Origin: Amoebophrya sp. A120
Lineage: Eukaryota; Protista; Dinoflagellata
Assembly (NCBI GenBank): GCA_905178155.1
Contig: CAJINV010000009.1
Location: 1,547,907-1,611,906 of the forward strand
Length of the DNA stretch: 64,000 nt
Direction: 5' to 3'
Positions 1 to 12,348 of this stretch are shown here, one piece after another (position 1 is the stretch's first letter; each line of letters opens with the position of its first letter). The translations under genes and the position numbers were made by a program. The notes under the pieces are model-generated. The model was not told the origin of the DNA, did no database searches, and was given only the letters and a program-made list of their open reading frames with translations.

Positions 1-2
1 TT

Positions 3-137
3 CCTTTGGTGGACTGTGCCGGCAACGTGCGCAAGCTCCGGTTCGTGCAAGCGGCGAAGCCGCCGCGGAGGAAAAAGCGGGGCGCGGGTTGTGGAGAAGA
101 CGATGACGAGAATAGTGTGTCGTCCGAAGACTCTTAA
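3..137 (+). CDS. Probable 3' end of an upstream gene (partial)
   Basis: Open frame from the window edge, PLVDCAGNVRKLRFVQAAKPPRRKKRG...EDDDENSVSSEDS*, TAA at 135-137, followed by AT-richer sequence. Confidence 0.35.
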   Translation, partial: PLVDCAGNVRKLRFVQAAKPPRRKKRGAGCGEDDDENSVSSEDS

Positions 138-752
138 TGTTGAAACATCGAATGTGTATGCCTGCAGATCTCCGACTCTTGTCGTTTCTGCGAGAGCAAG
201 TACGTACCTCGATAAACAAGGGTATAACTACTGATAGTGATAGTGTTCGAACTCGAAGCTGTAGCTGCATAGCACGACAAGAAATTGAAGTGAGGTTTGC
301 ACAACACGGTGACACGATCTCAAGGTGCGCTATGGATTCTATCACAATGGTGTCGGTCGACCTGGATCAGCTTTAATGCACGTAGGTCGTGTACTACCAC
401 TAGCGGTGCAATGAATCGGTCGTGAGTAAAAACCGTGAAGATAATTCCTCATTCGGAACTACACCGTCAATTCGGTCTTATCGGTCACTCAGAGTCTCAT
501 GTTGTGTTGCCGGATGCAGCGCGCTGTCATTTGAGGTCAGGTGAAACGAAGCTAAAAACATCTTTACCCTGCTACTCTACTTGACCCCTAAGCCCACAAT
601 TTTTGGAAATTTCTAACTGTTCGCTATCTCTTTTTACATTCAATTCATCTTGCGGCATGTTTTCTCTGGCATTTGCTTTCACTGACTCCAATTTTAGGCC
701 GCCCTTAAGGCTACGCCCTTCTTGAATCATACAAAAGTCATTGCCACAAATC

Positions 753-3651
753 ATGCCTCGTCAGACGTCCCAAACGGCCTCCACTCCGTCGCGCAGCAGC
801 AAGATTGTTGCCGCCGCGGGCGTGTTTTTACAAACAATTCCGGGCGTTAACAGTCGCGCGCCCAATTTTGCGAAACTTTTGCGACGTTTTTGCGAGATTT
901 GCCGTTTTGGCCCAGATCAGTCACGAGGACTATTTTGCTGCAGCTGCGGGCGCTTTGGTAAAGCCCGGCCACCCGCGATCCTCCCCTGTTTTCGCGCCCT
1001 TGGAGCGGGGCAACGAGAAGGCCGACCCCGAGCGCGGCCCCGATCTCGAGCGGGCCGCATTAGCAAGCAGACTGGGGCTGCCCACACATCTCTCCCGGGC
1101 TGCCCCTTCCCCCTTTCCAAAGAAATAGGTAGCAAAGGACGCGGGCCAGGCTTTGCCTCAGCCCCGGGGGCAGGGCGTTGTGGCCGCCGGCGATCCGCCT
1201 TGCACCTGGCCGTATTCATTCTCCCTACCAGCCGAAGCCACTAGGGCCCAGCATTGGCAGGCTGGCAGACTGGCGCCCTGTGTGGTCGCCCCGGGTACCG
1301 GCCAGGGGGCCGGCCAGGCAGGACGGCGGCGGCCGTTGCCTTTGCAAGAGTGCGCCTTCTGCGCGCCACATTGGCTGCGCACAGGCCCGCTTCCTTGGGT
1401 GGCCCAGCGCGGCTGCAGCTGGTGCGCCTGGCCTTGAGGGGGTGTCTGTGGGATAGATTTTCCTTTGGCCGGCGGCCTTGTCGTGCGCAGCATGAATGCC
1501 TTGCCGGCGGGGGGAACTTTGAAAACTTGGGGGCGAGGAGGAAAAACGGACACAAGGGATGTCGGAATCTTCCGGCAGAAATTGCGCACAAAAAAATCGA
1601 CTTCGGGGAAAGCGAGCCAGTAAGCCTATTCGCAAAAATCTCGCAAAAATTTGGGACCCCTTTCGCAAAAATCTCGCAAAATTACTAAGCCTGTTCGACC
1701 ATGAAAAATGGGAAATCGGACAAATCGATTTGCGCCATATGCAATTTATAAGCCTGTTCGCAAAAATCTCGCAAAAATTTCGCAAAAATCCGGCATCCTT
1801 TTTTGCAAATTTCGCAGAAATCTCGCAAAAATCTCGCAGAATTCCCGGGAAAGCGAAAAAGCGCAAGGGGCCTGCCGCTTTTTGTGTGTTGCCCCGCTCC
1901 CAGCCTCGATCAGGGGTCGGCGGCCATGGCCCGGGGCGCCGACCTTTGGCCCCGCGCGCGCGCGGCCCAGGCAGGGGGTGGGCCATGTGGGCGACGCCGC
2001 CCGCCTAGGCACGGTCGCCGCTAGGCACCGGCGCCTGCCAAGGAAGGGCTCCGGGCCACGCACCCGCTATGTGGGGTGGCGGTGTGGCCCGGTGGGCTTC
2101 GCGTTGTCGTGGTGCTTGCAAGCGAGCCGGCAGCCGGGTGGCGCAGTTGCCTGCCAGCCTGCCGGCTTTTTTTGTTTGGCGGCCCGCGGTGTTCTATTAT
2201 GGAGCGCCTTAGCGGGGGCGCTGGCATGGGTTTGGCCGCACGCAGGGACCGCCGACGGACACCCCAGGTCGGTGGTCCGCTTTGTCTTCGCCCCATTCCT
2301 CTATTGGGCCTTGGCGCGCCTGCGGAAAGGCGACCATACCAGCGGGCTCAATTTTGAGCCCGGTGCTATGGTTGATCCCCGTTGTCGGGCTTCCCCGTCT
2401 CGCCTGTTGCCCCGGGGTTTCGGCCTGCTCTGTGGGGCGTGTGTGTCTTGTTGTGCCGTGACAAGCGTGGCGCCAGATGCAAAATTGCGAAACTCGCAAA
2501 AACCTCGCGGAAATCTCGCAAAATTGGGCCCCGCTCCGTTAACGCAGATTTTGTTTGTAATGTTTGGCCAGGCCAGGTCAAAAGAGCTAATGGAGCAGGA
2601 GGGAATGCAACTTGCCGAGGAAACTGGGCTGGACGTATTTTGGCGGCCAAAGCAAGATGTGAAAACCCTGGCCAATGTCGCGATGCGCAAGAACGGCAGC
2701 AGTGTGCTTGGATTTCAGCGCGACATCGATTATTGTGCCCGGGTCGGGCCCAATGCCATGTGCTTCTGCGGGTTTTGTTTTCAGCAACACGCCCCGAGCG
2801 CTCGGCTCGCGGATGCGGACGGGTTTGGCTGGAAAAAGAGCTTGCATAACATGGCGCGGGCACACAACCCCAAGTACGACTGGTCCTTCGCTGATGATAT
2901 CGCGCCCGAAAACGACACTCCCTGCTCCAGATTCCGGTTTTTTCCCTGCACTGCCGCGGAGCGGTCGACGCTGGACATGCGCGAAGTGTTTCAGCACAAC
3001 CGCGTGAAAGACGTGAGTCTGACAGAAGAAGAGAAGCGGCAGGGGGTCGAAGCCGGCTTGTGCATGAACTGCGGCCTGAGTCCCACGGTGCATAATGTGG
3101 AAACGCTTCTCTGTCCAATGGCCTCAACGCAGCCTGGTGCGAACCGGACCCGGACAAGATACGAGTCCGCGTGGGAGTGCGTCGTGTGCGATCGAAAGTG
3201 GGAGGACCATGAGACCGTGGTGCAGCTGCGCGAGGAGCTGGACCCCTATCAGGTGAAGGCACCGAATGACGCCAGAGTCATCCCCCTAGGGCAGATTCTC
3301 AACGAGAATAGCTATGGACTGCTGGGCAATTACCGGGATTCAGACCACTATCTGGACAAGAACCTGAAGCACCGGATAGCGCGGGAGAACGATGCCTTCC
3401 GAGAACAACTCAAGATGCCTGCGCGAGGGAAGTGCATCGTGCCGGCGGAAGGCAGACCGGGCCTGCACGTGGAGCGTTTTTTTGATATCCCTTTGCGGGG
3501 CAAAGACGCACTACCTACGATGATTGACACCTCTGGCGCGTTTCAGGGGCGAGGGAGCATGGCATACGGTAATTCTGGGAAAAAAGAGGACGATGTTGGT
3601 TCTGAATTTGTCGGCCAACGTGCGGACGGGTCCTGGTCACACATTTGCTAG
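753..3651 (+). CDS. FAM221-like cysteine-rich protein, ~386 aa; join(753..827,2566..3651)
   Basis: Motifs CARVGPNAMCFCG, CSRFRFFP and CVVCDRKWEDHET resemble FAM221A/B. Exon 1 (MPRQTSQ...KIVAAAGVF) joins GQARSKELMEQE in frame after removal of the TIR element plus one TGTTT. Confidence 0.75.
828..2560. mobile_element. 1.73-kb non-autonomous TIR element forming an intron (giant introner-like element), 5-bp TSD TGTTT
   Basis: TTACAAACAA (828-837) and TTGTTTGTAA (2551-2560) are perfect inverted repeats. Imperfect inversion continues ~70 bp inward (GCGTTAAC..GCCCAATTTTGCGA.. vs ..TCGCAAAATTGGGC..GTTAACGC). TGTTT lies at 823-827 and 2561-2565. Confidence 0.85.
1629..1842 (+). repeat. Internal cluster of the ~11-bp motif TCGCAAAAAT(C/T), same motif as the element's subterminal repeats
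   Basis: Repeated ttcgcaaaaatctcgcaaaa; the motif recurs at 2494-2524 and inverted at 866-900. Confidence 0.8.
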
Positions 3652-4222
3652 ATTTTTTGGTCAAACGAATACAAATTAATCTAAGTGTACATCTGTAGCT
3701 GCAGTGCAGCACGACTATTGTCGTATCTGGTTCGGTTTCTGCTTGCAATGATTTGTTTGTCCGCCGAGCGACATCATCTTCAATTGTAATTGTAATCTTC
3801 AATTTCACAGGTCATTTATACATGCATAGCATCCAGCACTTCCACTTCAATCACCACAGCCGATATTGTACGAAGCGTTTCTGTTTCAAGTATTCTTGCT
3901 CATTCAAAGATGACACTCTATCTCCCATGTTCGAAGTGTAGCTGTGGCACATGATAGCACTTTCAACGAAGAGTGAGGTAGTGTTGAAACATCTGTAAAA
4001 AAAAGGTAGACAGTGACTGTGCCTGATATTCAGACGTGGGATGACGATAAAGAAAAACTGCAATGCATCAAAATGCATGCAGGTGATGGAATTCTCACCG
4101 TGTGTTTTCCTCTGTCAAGATCCATCGCGCAATTCGAAAGAGATTGATCAGCTTAGCAAATTACCTCTGTGAAGGGAAGCATGTACTAGACAGGTGCGTC
4201 TTGAGATCGTGTACGAAATAAG

Positions 4223-4545
4223 ATGGGTAGCATTGATGAAATTCTCCGCCTCCAGGTTTTGTTGAGGCGCCTCTTGTGAAACAAAGCTCGTCGATCGATG
4301 CACCTGTCAAGAGGCCACCGCCAACCCCCACCCATAGCAAGCGAGAAACTAAATCTGTGATCTGTAATTCCAAGAGTAAGACAACCCGATCTATCTGCCC
4401 GGAACGCTTCGGGGAGGTTCAGGCAGCCGTCGACGCTGCAGTGCAGGAGAAGGAGGAAATTTTGTTGAATAAAAACGAACATGTCCGCAAGATCAATGCT
4501 CTGCGTCGCGAGCGCGAGCATGCTGCAGCTGCAGCCGCAGCGTAA
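4223..4545 (+). CDS. Possible small coiled-coil protein or last exons of a gene; join(4223..4255,4417..4545)
   Basis: MGSIDEILRLQ|VQAAVDAAVQEKEEILLNKNEHVRKINALRRERE...*; a GT-AG intron with AGGTT at both junctions keeps frame. Confidence 0.3.
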
Positions 4546-5342
4546 GGTGTAGAAAGCCTCAATAGTAGTGGGTTTGTTTTTTCTGTTTCCTGGACCTGTC
4601 CTTCTCTCCTACAGGGTTAAGTTCTTGAAGGTTCGTCATTTTTTGAAAACGTCATCTTCTGTTATTTGTATGTTCAAAACCCTGACGCCCACTTAATGTA
4701 AGGGCTTAAGTTAAGACAAATGCGCCGGGTGGCCTAACGCCCTTACCTAAACCGCGCTGGGGGCTTGCAAATTCTATTGCCGAAAGCGATGGTCTTTGTA
4801 GGTCAACGTGAGTCCGCTGGTTGGGGGCTACAGCGTAATTTTCCTGGCTAAGCATGCGCATAATTTTCTACAGAAGCCGTTCGATGTCTCTAGGTCGGTT
4901 GACATGCTCTCAGCACGGTATGATCAAAAGTTCTCGAGTTGTTCTAAGCGTATCCAAGTTCGAAAACTGCGAGTGAAGACAAAGCAGCTTCAATCTCGTC
5001 ACGCATACCGTCCTAAGTGCAACTGCGCAAGAAGAGGCACGAGATAGATCGACTAGCATTTTTGAGAGGCGGTTCTTGTTTTTTCCGGAGGAAGTAGTTG
5101 CGCAACATTTTTATAAGCCAAGCAGTACTAAAGTTGAGGTCAGGACCAGTTTAAAGCTTTACCAGGCAGTTTCTGTAGTAGCAGCGTGCGAGCGACCCAG
5201 GCCTAAGTCAAAAAGCAAGTGCAAAAGCCTTTTTTAAAATTTTTTTTTCCCTTATCGCTTTTTTCTAGTTACACAACGTCCCTACCGCCGCTTTCGAGCG
5301 AGCATTTGTAAACTTACTCTTTATGAGTATTTACAAAAAACT

Positions 5343-5365
5343 ATCTGATCTGATCTGATCTGATC
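5343..5365. repeat. (ATCTG)4.6 microsatellite
   Basis: atctgatctgatctgatctgatc. Confidence 0.85.
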
Positions 5366-6148
5366 AGTGTGGATGAAGCATTAGAGAGAAGAAATTTCGA
5401 TCAGGGTTGCCTGGATTTGCAGAAGCGTCATGATTTTTCTTGTCGGTCCTACGTCCATAAAATTAAAAACCATGAACCCCCCACAGTCAAACAGCAAAAC
5501 TGCGCAAGGAGATTTTCAGTAGCCGGAAACAGTGTATGATATCTATACGGCTTGTAGTTATTCGTTTTGATTTTGAAGCCTTGAGGCTGGTACAATCTTT
5601 CGCAACTGTTTATTTTCGGCGGATAACGACTCTTGAACGAACAACGAGGACATCGAAAAATTTTCCATGGTGAACAACAACAAGGTGACCTTCTTACGAG
5701 CAGCTAGTTGCAAAAGCAAAAAGTAGAGAAGCGCAACACTGTACTGGAAAACGACTCGATTCTTTCACGTAGAATCACGCGCTTTCAGAATCTATTGAAA
5801 AGCGACTAGGTTCTTTCATGTTTTTTTTATAACTGTAGCACACGTTCACATTCAGAATTCAGATTCAGTAGTAACTGCTGCCAAAGGGCGACTGTCTATT
5901 TGTTCTTATTTTTACCGCAGTATCTATCAGATGCAAAGTCAAGTGGTAGACTTCTGGTACTGTTCTACGTAACAACCAACGCGAAGAGGTACAGCAGATT
6001 TGTAAAGAAACTCGCTCGCTACTCACCCTACAAAACCTCCTACCTAGAAATACAATATAAGTACATAGATGCGGCAAGTTGACGACTTTTTTTCTTTGTG
6101 ATCAACTTGTCTCTCTAGTCTTTGATTGTCCACAACTTCGAACGAGGA

Positions 6149-6786
6149 GATTGTCCACAACTGCAGCGTAGTTAGGTGGTAGCAAAGCGTAAAAGGCTAA
6201 AAAGAAAAAATAAAAAACAAGAAGAAGTTCCTCCTGCTCGTCACAGCACAACTTTTAGACTTTTCAGCTCAACAACCTCTCGATCACTTCACAGACTTTT
6301 AGAAGCTACAGCTTTTTACTCACAACAGAAACAGTTCATGCAGGCTTTTTACCTTTTCAAAACAGCAATTTTAACAGACGACAACTCCTGTTCAGGAGCA
6401 GTTCTATCAGTCGACTTTGTAACTTTTAGCCAACCAGGTAGCTTTCGACAACAAAAAGACTTTAGATTAAGGCTCTCTTTCCTCGAAGACAACTTTTCTG
6501 AAAAACACGTTTTTGACATTGACTTACGACACACGTTTTAACTTTTCAACAACAGCTTTTTACTTGCAGCAGCAGACTTTTAACTTTCGACGCTTCTACC
6601 TTTCTAAGTTTTACAGCAGGGTAGACAAGTTAGGCTCTCGCTCCTAGCAACAGTCCATTTTTCTAAGGCAGAGGCCAAAGCAGCTCTGCCAAGTGGTCCT
6701 TTTTCTTGAAATAGCGCTAATCATGTGAGGGGAAACACAAACTTCCAAACGGTTCCACATGACCTTCAACAACAAACAAACAAACA
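6149..6786 (+). mobile_element. Candidate retroposed (SINE-like) insertion with 15-bp flanking direct repeats and (CAAA)n tail
   Basis: AACTTCGAACGAGGA at 6134-6148 and 6787-6801; a CAAA-repeat tail sits immediately before the second copy; interior composition differs from the flanks. Confidence 0.4.
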
Positions 6787-6991
6787 AACTTCGAACGAGG
6801 AAAATTAATCTCCATCTGTATAAACTAGTTGCATTTATCTTGCTTTATTTCACTATCATATCTCCGCAGTTGAGAGAACTATTACCTACCTTCACTAGAA
6901 GTAGTGCACGTTTCTTCCACTGCTGGTCCGTAGTTCGTTGTGTTATTATTTGCACGTCGTGTCCAACTCCAAGTCCAATCGGGCGAACAAC

Positions 6992-9900
6992 ATGGCACGA
7001 TTCTATTGGTGCCGGGCGCATTTTTCGCCTGTCATACTGAGCTGGATCACCACCTTCCTACTTTTGAACAATCCGGCCCTCCCCACTGGGATTGTGTCAG
7101 CGCACGAAGTCCTGGAGAAAGTTGTCTTCGAGGTTGAATGGAATGCGAAAACGGGCGAGGCAAGACTCAAGTTGCGAAGTCCTGGCCCTGCCCCCCAGAC
7201 CGACGAGCTCTCCGAATTCAGCGGCGATGACGCTCGATCCGATGACGCATCGTTTCCACAGGCGGGCGCACCGGCGCTTCGCGCAGCCCCGCAGACCGAC
7301 ACAGTGAAGGAGCAGTCCTACAGACTGCGGAAATTCGCAGCGCAGGAACGGGAAAGACTCGAGCAGACGGGTGTCTGGCCTGCGGTTCTGGAGTTCCAGA
7401 TTCTGCCATCCGCAGTCACAGAAGAAGAATTGCAGAGGCGCATGCTGGAAGAGAAGGCGCAGCACGATTTGCAAGAGCAAATTTGTGCGAAAATGGCAGG
7501 GATGGCGGTAATATCAGTCCCACCTTCTGAGCAGCGGCGTGCAGAACAAGTCGTGCCAGGAATGCCCTCAGCCCACTCGGTGAAATTATCCTCACCCGCC
7601 GGGGGCAGCTCTCCTGACATGAGCGCGCCGTCTTGCAGCAGCTGGGTGCCTTCCGCGGAGCTGATGGAACTGCGGAGGCAGCTGGAGGAGAGCCAGGAGT
7701 TCCCAACCAGCATCCGGGTACTGCGTGACGTTCTTAGCACCGCCGTCGTTGACCGTTCGAAGAACACGCACCGCACAAACGCGGCGGCGCAAATGCGAAA
7801 ACACCAGGTCGGGCGGGAGGCGGAGTCGTATTCGCAGGCGAGGGCGCCAGCGCCAGCAGGGCAAGCGCAAGTTCCAACACCTTACCCAGCAGCTTCTTCG
7901 CAGGAGGGCAGTGCTCTATCCAGCGCTGGCTACTCCATTTCGTATCCGAAGCTGCGGCTTAAAAAGTTGGGCAGGCGCCTCCCGCTTCCAGCTTCACCGC
8001 CCCGCGCGAATCCGCCCATGTCCTCGTCTCTGTCTGCCGTCCCACTGGAGACACTCAGCCTGCAGGTTGTACCCGGGTTTTTCGGCAATGATCCTAAGGA
8101 GTTTCCCAGAGGGCGTTTGCGAGAACAGGAGCCGAGCGACCTGGTCGATATCCATCTTCTGGGCAACGGTTGGGACACGTCTTACGCAGGGTTCCACCGA
8201 AAGCTTACCTACTGGCCCGCCGATGGTCGGTGCGCAAAGCTCCGCGATGGCCATTGGGCTTTGCCCTCGGCGTTCCGGGAACGCCTGTGGGATTACAACC
8301 AAGAGGAATTCGAGACCCCGGCTTCGGAGGAGGACCGAGAACGTGATCCGGGATGTATGAACACCGGTCCGGTTCACCGCAAGGATATGGAGCGCAAAAA
8401 GAAGAAACTTCTCCGCGAGTGGGCGGGCGCCAAGTATCTGACGTTTGAGCTGAACCGCCGCGTGAACATGTGCCAGCAAACCCTGGACGCCGCTCGTCGC
8501 AATCTCGGAGATCTCGCCGCACCAGACCGTAGCGGCGCATCCAGCGCCGAGCATCAGCCGCGCCCGGGAAGGACCGCCGAGCAAATCGCCGTGCTACAAT
8601 CTCGGAAAGAAGAGGCGAAGACGGCGCTGCAGTCGGCACAGACGGAGCTGCAGTCTGAGCACACTCGGCTCGAGCAGACGCCGCCAGCGACACAGTGGGA
8701 CGAGATCAAGCGCACGCTGCGCCGCAGTGGAGCACCAGAGGCGTTGCGGCAGGGTTTGAAGGCGGAAAAAGAAGCACTGGACGAAGCGCTGCAGACATAT
8801 GACCAGTTGCTGCAGAATCTCGCCCAGGGACTGGTCGAGCCTGCTTATCACATACCGAACCTGCACGTATGGCGAGTCCGAAAAGTGTCCGCTGACAACG
8901 ATATCGCTGACGAAGTTTTCGAGGACGACGACGCCTACCAGAAGGAGCTCGCGGCGCAGCTGCAGCAGAACGGCGCGAGTCGGCTTGCGCCCTTTCAGCA
9001 CGGCAACGAGCAGCTGCGCGCGATTAAGGAGACCAATACGGCAGACAGCCTTCCACCGCTCAATACCAGCGAAGGCACGAGCCAGCGGGTCATACCAGAG
9101 TACGCCAGTGCTGCTGCACCTGTGCCGGAAGGCAGCACGCATCCACCGGAGGTGACTCAAGAACGCAGTGGGAAGAAGAAAAACAGTTTTTCCTCGTAAA
9201 CAGTTTCTCCTCGTTGGGAGTTGGTCTTAGCCTTCCCCTAAGCAGCAAAGTGCTTCAAATTAAAGCACGAGCGTCCAAAATCAAGAAGGACCTGATGAGC
9301 AAGGCGGGTCAAGCGGTGCGCCGAGGACGGGAAAGAGGACGCAGCAGCAGCAAGGCGTCGCGTGTGCACGTCGCATCCTCTGGGTCTGGCGCGCGCGGCG
9401 ACACTTTTTACAGCGTTGTCCCTCCGGCTGGTTTTGGGCTGGCGTTGGCATCGGGGTCATCTGGAGCCGCGGCAAGAGGACCTGCAAAGCACGGCACAGG
9501 AGCAGCCTCATCGGCGGACGGTGTGTGGTCGAGACAAGAAAGTCATTCAAGTGCTGCGTTGACATCAGGCCGGTCCTCATCACTCTTGTCGTCATCTAGC
9601 AGGAGTCGGTCTCGATCTCGGTTTCGGTCGGGCTCGAGCGAGCGTGCCTGCCATTCAGGAAAAAGCGACCACTCGCTTGGCGACATCGCGAGCCCACCCA
9701 GTCCGCGAACCTCGGGACGGGGGAGTTTCAATCTGAAGCGTGGAGCAGGTGACGAGGGCTCCATATCATCCTTCTCGTCGTCCGACCTTGCTGCTGTGAA
9801 AAGACTGCTCAAACAGGATGTGTTTGCCTACCCGACCGTTGTCGATTCGCAGGGAGGCGACACGCTGCAAGAGACGGCCAGCGAAAACCACTTTATGGTG

Positions 9901-11544
9901 CTGATTGCAATCACGCAGCCGCACACGGACGAGCCTAGTTCAGACGAAAGCCCCACCAAGCGACAGCAGCAACATCTAGATGCGTCCTGCGCAACCGCCC
10001 TAATCGGTGCGTTTGCTTGTCGCGCCGAGATGGCACACCTGCCGCCACCTGGTCTGTCTATGGAGTCGCAGGGAGAAAAAGAAACCAGCGCTGGCACAAG
10101 CTTCGCCAGGGACATCAACAACTTTTGTTTGCCCTCCCGGACGCTCGGACAATGGGCCGAAAGAAGCACAAGCCTGGACGAAAGCACGCGAGCCCCTTCA
10201 TCCGTAGACCCGGATCGGCGGTCCGAGGCGTCGAGCGCGTGCACCAGCAGCGCTATTAGCGAACCTCACGGACCACCGCAGCAGGATTTATCGTTTTCCA
10301 TAACTCGACAGGTGACGGTGAGTCAAGGCAGCAGTAAGAGCGCAGGGGGGAGGACGAGCAGTAGTACGGGACTCACGGGTGAATCGTGTAGCCGCTTGAC
10401 CGGGGATCTCCGGCTTCCCAGTCTTGCCGTTACGCCACTCGCAGCGCTGGGCGACCTCCATGAGCCGAGCTCCCGGGCAGGGCTTGCTGGTGTTGAGCAG
10501 GCGCCCCAGGCGCATCTTCATTTTGGTCTCCCGCTGCCGTCGTCAGCGTCGCCACGCCAAAATTCCACGCAGTCACTGTCGCCGAAGCGCGGTGGGCGCG
10601 GCAAAGGCGCTACATCTTGGACCATAAGTGGCACAGCGACTAGCGCCGGTACTAGCACCTCCGCAGGGCGGGCGGAAAGTGCTTTTTCTTCGATCTCCTC
10701 TTGCAGCGGCGGCAGTACGCCGCTTCCTTTCTACCCACAGAAACTCCTCCAGAGTAGAGAAACGCATTCTGCAGCAGGAAAAAGCGGAAACGCTGCCTGC
10801 AGCAGAATGCCCTCCAGAGAGAGAACAGCTGCTCCTTCGCGAGCCGCGGGTCTTCACTCACCACAAGCTCCGACCGTCACTGTCAAATTGATGATGAAGA
10901 ACGGGCGGCACTGGCAGCCTGCGGACCAGGACACTCTTTCCACTGCGGGCGCGCGCCGCGTTCAGCTGGAGCAGCTTTGGGCGGAGGCGGTGCCGCTCAG
11001 GAACGTGTTCGTCCTGCAAAAGCGGCTCATCGGGGACGATCCTCTCACGCGCGGCGAAATCGAGCCGACAGCGCGAATGACCCGCAAGGCGAAGGAGCAG
11101 ATACTCGGCTTTTCTCAATACTACACCTCAGTCGCGCAAATGAAGTCCGCGGCCGCTTTTCGCCCAGTCGAAGTGCCGCAGAGTCAGCAGCAGGCAACAG
11201 ACTCTATGGTCGCCGAAAGGGCTGCCGCTGCGAGTTCTGCTTCTGGGCAGGGGCAACTTCCACAGCGCCAGCAGTGCGAACCTGAACACGAGGACCTGCT
11301 ACCCCCGGTCACAGCGGAAACGGCAGGCGTTTCTGCTGTAAAAAGTCGGAATGCTTGTTTGCGGAACACTCCGCAAGCCGGTGTAACGGTCCCGGAGTGG
11401 TGGCAGTGGCACCGTCGCTCGCTCTGGCCAGGCGAGGAGGACGACGGATCAAGATTTATGGCGGAGGATGACGTATTGATGGGAGTGCTGTGCCGAAATT
11501 TTGACGATCAGTCGGAAGAGGACGGTCCTCTTCCAACGCAGTGA
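6992..11544 (+). CDS. Large orphan protein (~1,510 aa if joined) with N-terminal signal-like peptide, coiled coil and Ser-rich region; frame broken by a 17-bp duplication
   Basis: ORFs 6938-9199 and 9214-11544 join in frame (..GKKKNSFSSLGVGLSLPLSSK..) if one copy of the 9181-9214 duplication is removed. Confidence 0.7.
9181..9214 (+). repeat. 17-bp tandem duplication inside a CDS
   Basis: AAACAGTTTTTCCTCGT / AAACAGTTTCTCCTCGT, 16/17 identical. Confidence 0.9.
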
Positions 11545-12254
11545 ATGCAAAGCTAAGTTATGATCGTACACTGATCTGCACTTAGTGCTTACCTCCTAGT
11601 ATTAAAACAGAAGCCGCACCATCAACATCCAGACCAATCAGCAGGCAACACAATGTTTGAATCAAACTCAGGCCAGATCAAGAAATCGATTTTTATTCAT
11701 GTGCTGTGTCCATCTTTGCCATTCCTATTGCCGATACGAGGCAACATGAAACGCAAGGTCCACAACAAGCCTGAGACTTTGGTAGGCTTAAGCCGCATTG
11801 GAAATTGAAAAACGATCCTGAGACGAGACATCATACCAGTGCCAGCTTCATCCCAATTGTCCGGACTTTAACTACATGTTGACGACAATCCACAAAAGAA
11901 AGGCGAGACCGTTTCTAGTCTCCCTCCTAGACCCCGGATTTTACCAATTTTATGTCGATCTTAGTCCGCTGGCAAACACAGAGATAGAAGGAGTTTCTGT
12001 TTCTTGTTGCCCGGCCTTATTTTGAAAGCAGTGCTGTACTTTATGTCATATCGTTCATTTTCGGGGGTCCGACATGTATGATTTTTTTAGGCAGAAGCTC
12101 GAAACAATGATTATCACCCAAAGAATTCACGAGGACCACACTAAAGCGGTCGCTATTTTTTTCCACCTTGAATGCAGTAGCTCGCAAAAAATTATGGAAA
12201 TGAAAGAAAGCTTCGCTTTTAGCTTAAGTAAGCTAGATGCTGATAGGACTGAGA

Positions 12255-12348
12255 GGGATGTCTTTGTATTCGCAATTATTGTTGTGCATGAGCACAATGG
12301 GATGTCTTTGTATTCGCAATTATTGTTCGTGCATGAGCACAATGGGAT
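12255..12348. repeat. Tandem duplication of a 44/45-bp unit containing a small hairpin (GTGC-ATGA-GCAC)
   Basis: gggatgtctttgtattcgcaattattgtt(c)gtgcatgagcacaat x2. Confidence 0.85.

Noticed and set aside
847-2542. piggyBac element with TTAA TSD (TTAA at 847-850 and 2539-2542)
   Set aside because: The inverted repeat continues outside the TTAA to 828/2560, where a 5-bp TSD lies, so TTAA is internal to the TIR.
1708-2565. N-terminal ~285 aa of the 647-aa ORF
   Set aside because: Lies within the GC-rich TIR element; FAM221-like sequence begins only after it.
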